Sequence record: NC_062582.1
Strand: one strand, 5' to 3'
Length of the DNA stretch: 64,000 nucleotides
Shown here: positions 9,494 through 17,617 of the stretch, piece by piece
Numbering within the stretch: the stretch's first letter is position 1
Layout of the letters: every line of letters begins with the position of its first letter
Notes under the pieces: model-generated
The model's input: only the letters and a program-made list of their open reading frames with translations
Database searches by the model: none
Told to the model about the DNA's origin: nothing
Program-made: the position numbers and the translations under genes

Positions 9494-11587
9494 ATGTTCA
9501 ACTCGCAACTGCCAGTTCCTTTTAACCAATTGGATCAGTCTACCTTTAATGGTAATCTGCCAAACGGGAATGACAAGGTCCCTCAGATCCAGCTCTCCCA
9601 GCAAATGATGCAGAACCAACAGATCGCTCTGCAAGCAATTGGTTACTTCCGAGCTATCGCGCAGTCGACTGCACAGAAGACCCCATTGCATGTGTTCTGT
9701 TATAACCTGTTGTCTCAGAATGGTTTCCAGAACCAAGTGTGGGCGCAATGGTGTCAGCACCTTGTAGTCTTCACCGAACTGTTGATCATGGCCAAGGGTT
9801 ATAACACCCAAGACGCAATCAAGATGGCATGTACTCGTTTGTATGAGGCATTCCTGTCGGGTGCATTCAAAGAGTATCATCAAGCTGGCCTGAACCAAGT
9901 TGTTCCACAACAAATGTGGCCTAGCTTGGAACAGGGCGTGATGCTGTATCAACAAATCCTGGCTGATAACCAAAAGTATATCCAAGGTGGCGTTGCAGCT
10001 TTCCAACAGCAACAACAGTTCAGTGGCTTTGGTGGAGGCGGTAGCTTCAATAACAACAGCTTCGCCGTAAACAACAGTGGTAGTGGTAACCTGCCACGTA
10101 TTAATGCCGGTGCGGTTACTAGTACCTTTGGACAACCACAACGCGGTACTGGTGGTATGCCTTTGTCTAACAGCTACGAAGCCACTCAAACAACTGCTGC
10201 GGACGGTGGTCTGTATGACGAACCAATCGTAGCCAAACCACTTCAACCGGTAGAGGAAATCAGTTCTGATATTTATTCCCAATACCCGGATACAAACGAG
10301 TATATCCCAATGAACAATAACGGTACTGCACCAACCAGTAACAACAACTTCACTCAGGTGAATACCGCAGCTTCGTTTGAAGATACCGAACTGCATATCC
10401 CACTGAACGTTGAAGAAGTTATTATCGATCCGCTGTATTATCAGCCAACCGGTTTCCAATTCAACAGCGAAGATCCTTATGGTTTGATCTTCAACCCTGG
10501 TGGTATCGAGATCCGTCCGGCACATCAATCGAACTGGGATGTAACTCCAGGCGATGACATGCCTTATCTGATCGCTATCGATCCAAACCAACTGGTGATG
10601 TTCCATGTTAAATTCCCAGATGGAACCGTCAAAGAAAAAGCTATTGAATGGAATGCCGATATGGATTACATGCGTCATGAACTGAATACCGAACTGCGTC
10701 GTCGTGCACAGCGTCCGAACGGTATTGTTGTAGAAACAAAGATCCCTGTTAGTAGTCTGGGTAAAGATCCACAGACTGAAGACGAGATCAAGATGTTGCA
10801 AGAACAAGCTGGTCTGAAAGGTAACGTAGAAGGTCCTGTGATCCTCTCTGCGCCGTTCAATGGTTCTACTGACATGGAAATCCGTGCGGCAGTTAGCGAA
10901 GCTATGTCTTCGTTGCTGGGCGTGGAATTCAATGCTGAGAACCCAATGCCTCCATGCGAGTATGTATCTATCGCAACGCATTATCTGAACCTGACCGAAG
11001 AAGAGTTCCAGACCATCAAGGATCTGTCTGAGTGTGGCGATATCCCACGTGTTGCAACAGATCTGTATGAACTGGGTCAACATGGTTTCGATACCAGCTA
11101 CTACCGTTTCCTGAATTCTCGTCTGACCAAATCGATCAACCGTTTCATGCGTGAGAACATGTCTCTGACTATTGAGATTGATGACTTCGTATCTGAAGCT
11201 GTTGAACTGATGGATTATTTGGCCGTCAAGAAAGGTGAACGTTATCTGAACATCCTGCGTGCTGGTTCTCAAGAGATCCTGCGTAAGGCTATTTCGGTAG
11301 AGCAAACCGACGGTGGTACCTGTGTCATCGACTACAACGTAAACTTCCAACTGGGTTGGTACCTGGATGAACTGACTGCTCTGGGTATCCATAGTGGTAA
11401 GCCTGTTCTGGTATCCACTACATCTCACCCAGTAATCCTGGAAACCCTGCGTGGTATGATCAAGCGTGCTGGTGCGGAGAATATCAATTCTCGTAACCTG
11501 CGTCTGATTACTGCCGATGGTGCAGTGTTGGAACTGATCCGCGGTTATCTTGTTGACAAGGCCATGTTGCTGAAACTGGTTAAGTAA
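9494..11587 (+). CDS. Conserved hypothetical protein with a Q/N/G-rich low-complexity linker
   Basis: 697-aa ORF with highly biased codons, directly after the RNAP subunit. Confidence 0.75.
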   Translation: MFNSQLPVPFNQLDQSTFNGNLPNGNDKVPQIQLSQQMMQNQQIALQAIGYFRAIAQSTAQKTPLHVFCYNLLSQNGFQNQVWAQWCQHLVVFTELLIMAKGYNTQDAIKMACTRLYEAFLSGAFKEYHQAGLNQVVPQQMWPSLEQGVMLYQQILADNQKYIQGGVAAFQQQQQFSGFGGGGSFNNNSFAVNNSGSGNLPRINAGAVTSTFGQPQRGTGGMPLSNSYEATQTTAADGGLYDEPIVAKPLQPVEEISSDIYSQYPDTNEYIPMNNNGTAPTSNNNFTQVNTAASFEDTELHIPLNVEEVIIDPLYYQPTGFQFNSEDPYGLIFNPGGIEIRPAHQSNWDVTPGDDMPYLIAIDPNQLVMFHVKFPDGTVKEKAIEWNADMDYMRHELNTELRRRAQRPNGIVVETKIPVSSLGKDPQTEDEIKMLQEQAGLKGNVEGPVILSAPFNGSTDMEIRAAVSEAMSSLLGVEFNAENPMPPCEYVSIATHYLNLTEEEFQTIKDLSECGDIPRVATDLYELGQHGFDTSYYRFLNSRLTKSINRFMRENMSLTIEIDDFVSEAVELMDYLAVKKGERYLNILRAGSQEILRKAISVEQTDGGTCVIDYNVNFQLGWYLDELTALGIHSGKPVLVSTTSHPVILETLRGMIKRAGAENINSRNLRLITADGAVLELIRGYLVDKAMLLKLVK

Positions 11588-11625
11588 ACGACATAAAGCC
11601 CCTACCTTCGGGTAGGGGTTTATAT
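11588..11625. terminator. Hairpin; 26-nt core identical to 14041-14066
   Basis: ATAAAGCCCCTACC-TTCG-GGTAGGGG at 11593-11618. Confidence 0.8.
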
Positions 11626-11641
11626 CAACTAGGGGAAATGA

Positions 11642-12061
11642 ATGAAACTCGATCGCCTATTTGCAATGATCAACCGTATTGAAATCTTTCAGGATACTGG
11701 GTATTATTCAGGCAACCCTACCCATGGATTTACACCAGATCACCAATACTTCACAATTGATCTAAAGAACATTGATGATAAACAGGCATACATAATGAAC
11801 AACATTAAGATTGCTCTGTTTGTTAACTACCGTAAATCACGAGTAGAAGCCAAAGTGGGAAAACCTGATTATATATTGTTTACTGATAACCGTCTAGGCG
11901 AGTTACTAGAGCAAGAAGAAAAGGTTATGGGGTCGTATCTCAAGTACGATGTTGAGAAGCGTGAAGAACCTTATTTTACCAATACCGTTTTGGTGGTTCC
12001 CGTACTCCCCGATAAGCCTGAAGTTGAAATCCCCAACGTATTAGAGTTTGGTATTAAATAA
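11642..12061 (+). CDS. Free-standing paralogue of the MCP C-terminal region
   Basis: Hand alignment to MCP aa ~553-675 in this window, e.g. YIMNNIKIALFVNYRKSRVEA vs AILNYVKGQLFPAYRNSNIEA and MGSYLKYD vs LGAYLEYD. Confidence 0.8.
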   Translation: MKLDRLFAMINRIEIFQDTGYYSGNPTHGFTPDHQYFTIDLKNIDDKQAYIMNNIKIALFVNYRKSRVEAKVGKPDYILFTDNRLGELLEQEEKVMGSYLKYDVEKREEPYFTNTVLVVPVLPDKPEVEIPNVLEFGIK

Positions 12062-12071
12062 GGAAGTATGT

Positions 12072-12485
12072 ATGCTCATCCCAGTCAATAAAGTAACCGA
12101 TAATCTTTATCGTTTTACAATTGATTTGAATCTAACTCCAGAAGGCTTCGAAAATAACCTGGAACATTCTAACTGGCGCCGTCTATTGTTAACCGGTAAT
12201 AGTTATGCCGAGCTAGGTTGCCCAACAGTGGATGATCATATTGATCCACGTATTGCTTTAATGCGATTGCGACAAATTTATCCTGAACGTACCTGTGGTC
12301 ATATTAGTGTGAGTGGTAATGATAAGGATCGTATGTATTGCGATCTTAAACCACATGGCCCGCACGCACATATTTTGAAATACCTTGATTCCATCCGAAA
12401 GCTGTTCGTCTCGCCACGTCTTATCTTTAATGAAGATAGCGAGATTGTAAATATCATTACCTTCGATGTAGTAGAAGTAAATTAA
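12072..12485 (+). CDS. Prohead-protease-like protein (phiKZ gp175/T4 gp21 fold), probably inactive
   Basis: YAELGCP, RLRQI-TCGHI, KPHGP, VSPR and TFDVVE follow the remembered protease motifs in order; His of ELGHP appears as Cys; ATG 12072 has an AAGGA RBS. Confidence 0.6.
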   Translation: MLIPVNKVTDNLYRFTIDLNLTPEGFENNLEHSNWRRLLLTGNSYAELGCPTVDDHIDPRIALMRLRQIYPERTCGHISVSGNDKDRMYCDLKPHGPHAHILKYLDSIRKLFVSPRLIFNEDSEIVNIITFDVVEVN

Positions 12486-12509
12486 CCACTATATCACTAG
12501 TTGGATATT
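12485..12509 (+). promoter_or_regulatory. Early-type promoter variant (TATATCAC)
   Basis: ACCACTATATCACTAGTTGGATATT; 23/25-nt copy at 61420-61444. Confidence 0.6.
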
Positions 12510-12540
12510 CTAACCCAAACTGGTAAAGAGGAACTTCCAA

Positions 12541-13269
12541 ATGATGGCAATTCAAAACCTGCTGCAAAAGACTGGCGTTGCTAAACTCCTGCATCGCGAG
12601 CAGTATCCTGAAATCGAATTTGATTTCAGTAATAGTGATCTCGTAGAGGCTGATGACTTCTACGATGTACCCACTAAACGTGAACTTCCAATTAAAGGTA
12701 AGTCTAACCTGACTTACCGTACCCTGGACGACATGTCTCTGTGGACGTGGAAACGTAATGCGTACGTAGAACATAACCCGTATGCTTTCGGTATCACTCA
12801 ACAATACAACACTGTTACTCCAGAGCAGTTCGAACAGACTGTTATAGCAGCAACTGACGAATCTCACAATCGTTTGGTTCTGGAAGATCCTCGTCATCTT
12901 CCGTCGATCAGTATTGACGAAGTTCGTGATGGCGCTGATCCACGTATGGCGATGCTGTACAACCTGCTGGCATTGCGCGAAGACCTGCGTACGATCAATG
13001 ACCTGAAGATTCCATTCGCCTCTATGGTCAAAGGGAATCTTCCTACGCCGTATCTGCGTAACAGTGCTAAGCAGAACGTATTGGATAACTGGTTCTTCCA
13101 GAGCCATACTGCCTTTAGTCTGTTGTTGCGTAGCGCATGTAAAAGTGAAAAGTCTGTTATCCAGAACTCGATCGCAGACGTACTGTTCACGAAGGGTGCA
13201 CATCTGCACTGGAACAAAGAACGCGGTAACGCTGTATTCAAAGACGGTGAGTTCGAGGTGAATCTGTAA
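12541..13269 (+). CDS. Hypothetical protein, 242 aa
   Basis: GAGGA RBS, biased codons; family not recognised. Confidence 0.7.
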   Translation: MMAIQNLLQKTGVAKLLHREQYPEIEFDFSNSDLVEADDFYDVPTKRELPIKGKSNLTYRTLDDMSLWTWKRNAYVEHNPYAFGITQQYNTVTPEQFEQTVIAATDESHNRLVLEDPRHLPSISIDEVRDGADPRMAMLYNLLALREDLRTINDLKIPFASMVKGNLPTPYLRNSAKQNVLDNWFFQSHTAFSLLLRSACKSEKSVIQNSIADVLFTKGAHLHWNKERGNAVFKDGEFEVNL

Positions 13270-13484
13270 TGCCTTACAAGCATAACGGCGTGTACCTAAA
13301 CAAAGCTGGGTACGATCCCTTTATAATCGTGCGTGATTATCATGCAGGTTTTGAAGCCTTGCGTATGCAGTTGCAAAAGCATACTGGTGATTGCCCTATT
13401 GATCATGGGGAACGCACCAACAAGAAACTTAAAGACCAACCCTACCACATGCGTGGTCCTAACGGTAAAATGAGGAAGTGGTGA
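13269..13484 (+). CDS. Small basic protein A with a GERTN-K-KDQP motif
   Basis: TAATG coupling to the upstream gene; C-terminal 25 aa paralogous to the next ORF. Confidence 0.7.
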   Translation: MPYKHNGVYLNKAGYDPFIIVRDYHAGFEALRMQLQKHTGDCPIDHGERTNKKLKDQPYHMRGPNGKMRKW

Positions 13485-13684
13485 TGTTCGGACTATCGAA
13501 TATGTTTAACTTTAACCCACCCGAATCCACAGGTAAAGAAAAGCTGGAAGAACTCTGTGGTATTCACTGGGGTTCCTCTTACAAAGGCGAAATGAAAAAC
13601 GATAAGGGCGAACGCACTAATCGTAAAATTAAAGACCAGCCGTTCTATCATCGTCGTAATGACGGTAAAATGAAAAACTACTAA
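13484..13684 (+). CDS. Small basic protein B with a GERTN-K-KDQP motif
   Basis: TGATG coupling, GAGGA RBS; paralogue of the previous ORF. Confidence 0.7.
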   Translation: MFGLSNMFNFNPPESTGKEKLEELCGIHWGSSYKGEMKNDKGERTNRKIKDQPFYHRRNDGKMKNY

Positions 13685-13693
13685 GGAGTTTAA

Positions 13694-14035
13694 ATGTCTC
13701 GTCGTCTATTCCAAATTACTGCTGCTGGTACTGTAGTTGGTCCTCGCGATTACTACGCAAAGATTGCTGGTCGCCAAGGTGTTAAGCCTCGACTGGCAAA
13801 GAAAGCGAACAAGTATATCGATATCGCTGAAAATGCGTGGCGTGAAGGCTTGCGCATGAAAGACATGGTTATCAACGGTGAACTCACTTTCGATCTGTGG
13901 AACAAACAACGTCGTAAGATTGAAGCTCTGAGTAGTACCTTCTTCCGCCGTCGTTCTTTCAGCCAAGGTTTGAAAGAAGGCTATCGTGTAACAGTTGAAT
14001 ACTACGAGTTCCAAAAGGCTCAAGGTTACAACTAA
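13694..14035 (+). CDS. Basic hypothetical protein, 113 aa
   Basis: TAAGGAG RBS; Arg/Lys-rich. Confidence 0.7.
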   Translation: MSRRLFQITAAGTVVGPRDYYAKIAGRQGVKPRLAKKANKYIDIAENAWREGLRMKDMVINGELTFDLWNKQRRKIEALSSTFFRRRSFSQGLKEGYRVTVEYYEFQKAQGYN

Positions 14036-14088
14036 GCGGTATAAAGCCCCTACCTTCGGGTAGGGGCACTATGCCTTATTTTTTTTTA
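14036..14088. terminator. Bidirectional terminator between convergent genes
   Basis: gcccctacc-TTCG-ggtagggg plus T-run. Confidence 0.8.
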
Positions 14089-14520
14089 TGTTTCTGCGAA
14101 GTTTAATGTGACTGAACTAGTAGGCAAATATGCCATGCAGATAGTGGTGGGCTGTATTGTAACTGGACCACTGACAGGCAAAGGCAGATCTAAGAAATCT
14201 GCTACATCTAAAGGAATACCGCATTTATCGTGCAGTGCCTTGATAACTGATTTCAAACCAGTGTAATCAGAGCGCTTTCCTGGAATGACCTGTCCTATTA
14301 GATCTTTACCGATATCACGACGGTTGAAATAGATTTCACGTCTACCTTCGTAATCATTGTTACTATCAAGTGCTACAACCGTTGCACGCGAGTTACAATC
14401 ACCTTGTAACCAAATCTCAACATTAACCCAAACAACTTCAGATAATTGTAGGTAGGGTTTTAACTTGTTAGCCTTATTAAAGCTTTTCACTAGAGCAGCT
14501 TTGATATTGTTAATTAACAT
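14086..14520 (-). CDS. Virion structural protein, Y/F-x-R-x-D/N-L/I family
   Basis: 144 aa; IYFNRRDIG motif; end of a structural operon. Confidence 0.6.
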   Translation of the reverse strand: MLINNIKAALVKSFNKANKLKPYLQLSEVVWVNVEIWLQGDCNSRATVVALDSNNDYEGRREIYFNRRDIGKDLIGQVIPGKRSDYTGLKSVIKALHDKCGIPLDVADFLDLPLPVSGPVTIQPTTICMAYLPTSSVTLNFAET

Positions 14521-14527
14521 ACTTACC

Positions 14528-15406
14528 TCAGTTGTAATGGAATAGCAGGAAACCAGATACGTTTGTACAGAGCGTATTAGATAGTTCCAATACCATCACG
14601 TAAGACATGTCTGTTCGACTCGTGAATGCCGGATCAATAACACCGTTGTAAACAACACGTACTCGTTTCTCACCTTCGTAGATTGAATAACATAGGTTGT
14701 TATCTTCTGGATTACCAGAGAGAATCCAATCCTGTTTGGTGATGTGTTTGATCATACCACGTAAAGAGTTAGTATCAACAAAGAGATGGTTCGATTTAGC
14801 TGGAATTAGTTCATCACGATAGTGAGTAAAGTCATAAGCCGTGAACAGATAGTTACCTGTAATTTTTGTACCGTCATTACCGAACTGCCATGTATTGGCC
14901 TTTGGTAATTCTGTAGTCAGTACAATGGAACTAAGATCATAGCGTAAGGTGTTCTCAAAACTAAAAGGGATCTCACCAACAAACCGTAGTGATTGAGCAC
15001 CAGCTACCAATTTGTAAGGTTCATCAAAACGATCAAACTGATCAGGAACTAAGTCGGTATAACTAAATACAACATCATTCTTCTTATCAAGCATTCCCAT
15101 AATCTGGAAAGTTGACATAGGCATTCGAACATTGTCCATCACGTAAATAGGACCACCTTTAAACAAAGTGGCTAAGTCAATACGATCATAGAAAAAGTAT
15201 TCGGGTAGTTCAGGTTTCGGTTGAGTGTCGTCAGGAGATTTCCCCCAGTTTACACGCAACTTAAGTTTGGTCTTGGTACCACCAAGTGATTCGAGAGAAA
15301 CAAGGGAAGTAGAGGATGGATTTAACTCCACCCCGTACTCATTGTTAATCATCTCGATTACAGCGGACCATGGATCGACCTTTAGATAATCGCGAGTCAT
15401 GTACAT
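14528..15406 (-). CDS. Virion structural protein (phiKZ gp127 region)
   Basis: 292 aa; FFYDRIDLATLF motif. Confidence 0.6.
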   Translation of the reverse strand: MYMTRDYLKVDPWSAVIEMINNEYGVELNPSSTSLVSLESLGGTKTKLKLRVNWGKSPDDTQPKPELPEYFFYDRIDLATLFKGGPIYVMDNVRMPMSTFQIMGMLDKKNDVVFSYTDLVPDQFDRFDEPYKLVAGAQSLRFVGEIPFSFENTLRYDLSSIVLTTELPKANTWQFGNDGTKITGNYLFTAYDFTHYRDELIPAKSNHLFVDTNSLRGMIKHITKQDWILSGNPEDNNLCYSIYEGEKRVRVVYNGVIDPAFTSRTDMSYVMVLELSNTLCTNVSGFLLFHYN

Positions 15407-17581
15407 TTAAGGGGCCTCAAATTCAGGTTTGTCGTTTTCAGGGATAGGTTGGTATTGATCCAGATTACCAGAAGGATCAGGGTTGATTAGGTTCTCAGCT
15501 TTATAGCCAACAAGACCGATGTTTCCAGCTGGGATAATGTAGTTACCATTATTAAAGCTAGTCTCGCGAATGTCGACACAGCAATTGATACGCCATCTAC
15601 CATATTGATCATAGTGGTAAGATACTTCAGGACCAACGATCACATCGTTTACAAGAATCAAAGAACTTGCTGAAGACGATACGCGTTTAACACCGATGTT
15701 AACAGCAGGCACAATAAGGTTACCAGAACCGTCAACAGAGATATCACCGATCCGTGGCATTACCATACCCAACACGTTAAAGTTGGTGTAAGCAACGTTC
15801 CTGAGGAACTGGAGCGGGTAAGAGCAAAGCCCTTCCATCATCTTCAATAACTCACGTTGGATTTCACCGATTGTAATAACCCGTACTAAGTTAGCGCCTG
15901 TTGCAATATTAACAGTATCTACGCACAGTTGTTCTAGTTCGATCTCGGTTAGATCCTTAAGACTAAAACCTAAGGTCTTAAAGTAATCGTCCCATGTAAT
16001 ATTACCTTCAACCAATTTACACATGCGATTCATGTAGTGCATCTTGGTAATCTGTTCACAGTAACCACGACCGATCATGTTTTCTTGTAAACTGTACAGT
16101 TCCCATTGTTTCAGATAGTTCTGATGCATGGTGGCAGTAGCATGATAGAAGTTCTCGGTAGAGATGTAGTTAGTCATTGGTTCAAACAGATCTTGGATAG
16201 CCGTAATGATCTTGTTAGGGATAATCCGTTTAGGAGACATCCAGCGAAGTTCTTCAAAGGTTGGTAACTTAGGTAACAACACTTCATAAGCAGTACAACT
16301 TGGAATGAACTCTGACAATTGATCACGTGCTTTCATCCAGCAATAGATAGTGATGATGTAGGCATCCTTTACAGACACTGTCATCTGTTCACCAGTACGT
16401 GGATTGTTCAAGGTAACATAGGCGCGGTACTTATCTGTACTCGCTAACTGTAACCATTCGTTCAACAGGCAATTCATTAAGGTACGGACGTTCGAGTTAG
16501 AACGGTCAATTACTTCTGAATCCAGTACACGAGTAGACAGAGAACTGTAAGCACTCATAGACATCTTATCGGTGATCCACTGTTCGGAATCATGCTTAAC
16601 TGCAATGTTGTCACGAGCCAAGTCTTCTTCACGATCTAGCAGTTCTTCAACAGAAATCTTGTTCAAACCTTCAACCACGATATTACGGTTGATGTCATGT
16701 TTCTCAAGTTCTACCGATGGTCGGAAGTTAGTAAGGATATCTTTTGAGTTCTGTTCAAGGGTGTATCGAATCAAAGGAATGCCACGAGGGGTCAAGATGT
16801 TCTTAACCAGTCGATCGAAGGTATCTTTCTTACCGGCATTACGCTGGATGAAGTTAATGTTACGATACAGCCAAAGACGTTGTCGAGTATCCAGGTAAGG
16901 AAGGTAATCATCTAGGTGACCATGGGATGCAAGGTACTCACGAATGTGATAACTATGTGCACGGTTAGTTTTAGCCTGGGCTAAACGAAGGTTCATGATA
17001 CCTGGTACAAGTGTAATGAAAAGGTTACCCCAGAACGCAGGTAAATACATTTCATCAGTTAAAGCAAAGTTTGGGTTCCACCAACGAATAATGTAAACAG
17101 TTATCCAATCTTGCAGATCGTATAGGAACGTATCTTCGTGAGCCTCAACCAGAGACTCATCGTAATAAAGGATTTGTCCGTCAGGTGCATTGATAGCACG
17201 GTCGATATCAATAGGGTGTAAGATACCGTTAATAAGGGCAGACTGATCAGGGTATTGTCGAACTAAGTTCTCATACATCACTGAACCAGGGGCATACTCA
17301 CGAGCTGTAGCTCTATGGTATAATAGATTTTCTTTCGTGAACTCGATCGTTTCCAATGTATCCGCTGAGCGAACGTACATCATCTGATCGGTTACATGAT
17401 ACTCTCCGTTCATGTTCATGTAGTATTTCCAGGTCTCTGGGGCATCTTCATCCGCAATGACCTTTAGATCCCGTGCAATCCACAAATTCATTTGTGTGGC
17501 AATAGGACTAAACTTAATAACTACCGACCTGACCAATTTAATAGTATCAGCACGATAAACATCAAAATATACGCTACTCAT
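15407..17581 (-). CDS. Baseplate-associated structural protein (phiKZ gp128-like)
   Basis: 724 aa; WKYYMNMNGEYH and LYRNI motifs; divergent from the portal gene. Confidence 0.7.
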   Translation of the reverse strand: MSSVYFDVYRADTIKLVRSVVIKFSPIATQMNLWIARDLKVIADEDAPETWKYYMNMNGEYHVTDQMMYVRSADTLETIEFTKENLLYHRATAREYAPGSVMYENLVRQYPDQSALINGILHPIDIDRAINAPDGQILYYDESLVEAHEDTFLYDLQDWITVYIIRWWNPNFALTDEMYLPAFWGNLFITLVPGIMNLRLAQAKTNRAHSYHIREYLASHGHLDDYLPYLDTRQRLWLYRNINFIQRNAGKKDTFDRLVKNILTPRGIPLIRYTLEQNSKDILTNFRPSVELEKHDINRNIVVEGLNKISVEELLDREEDLARDNIAVKHDSEQWITDKMSMSAYSSLSTRVLDSEVIDRSNSNVRTLMNCLLNEWLQLASTDKYRAYVTLNNPRTGEQMTVSVKDAYIITIYCWMKARDQLSEFIPSCTAYEVLLPKLPTFEELRWMSPKRIIPNKIITAIQDLFEPMTNYISTENFYHATATMHQNYLKQWELYSLQENMIGRGYCEQITKMHYMNRMCKLVEGNITWDDYFKTLGFSLKDLTEIELEQLCVDTVNIATGANLVRVITIGEIQRELLKMMEGLCSYPLQFLRNVAYTNFNVLGMVMPRIGDISVDGSGNLIVPAVNIGVKRVSSSASSLILVNDVIVGPEVSYHYDQYGRWRINCCVDIRETSFNNGNYIIPAGNIGLVGYKAENLINPDPSGNLDQYQPIPENDKPEFEAP

Positions 17582-17617
17582 TGTAACATTCTCACTTGTT
17601 TAATTTGGAGTTTCAAA

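Noticed and set aside
9467-11428. 653-aa antisense ORF
   Set aside because: Same shadow effect over the 697-aa gene
17582-17617. Only 36 nt between divergent baseplate and portal genes
   Set aside because: Short TATG-type late promoters can lie inside neighbouring genes; not unusual enough without TSS data
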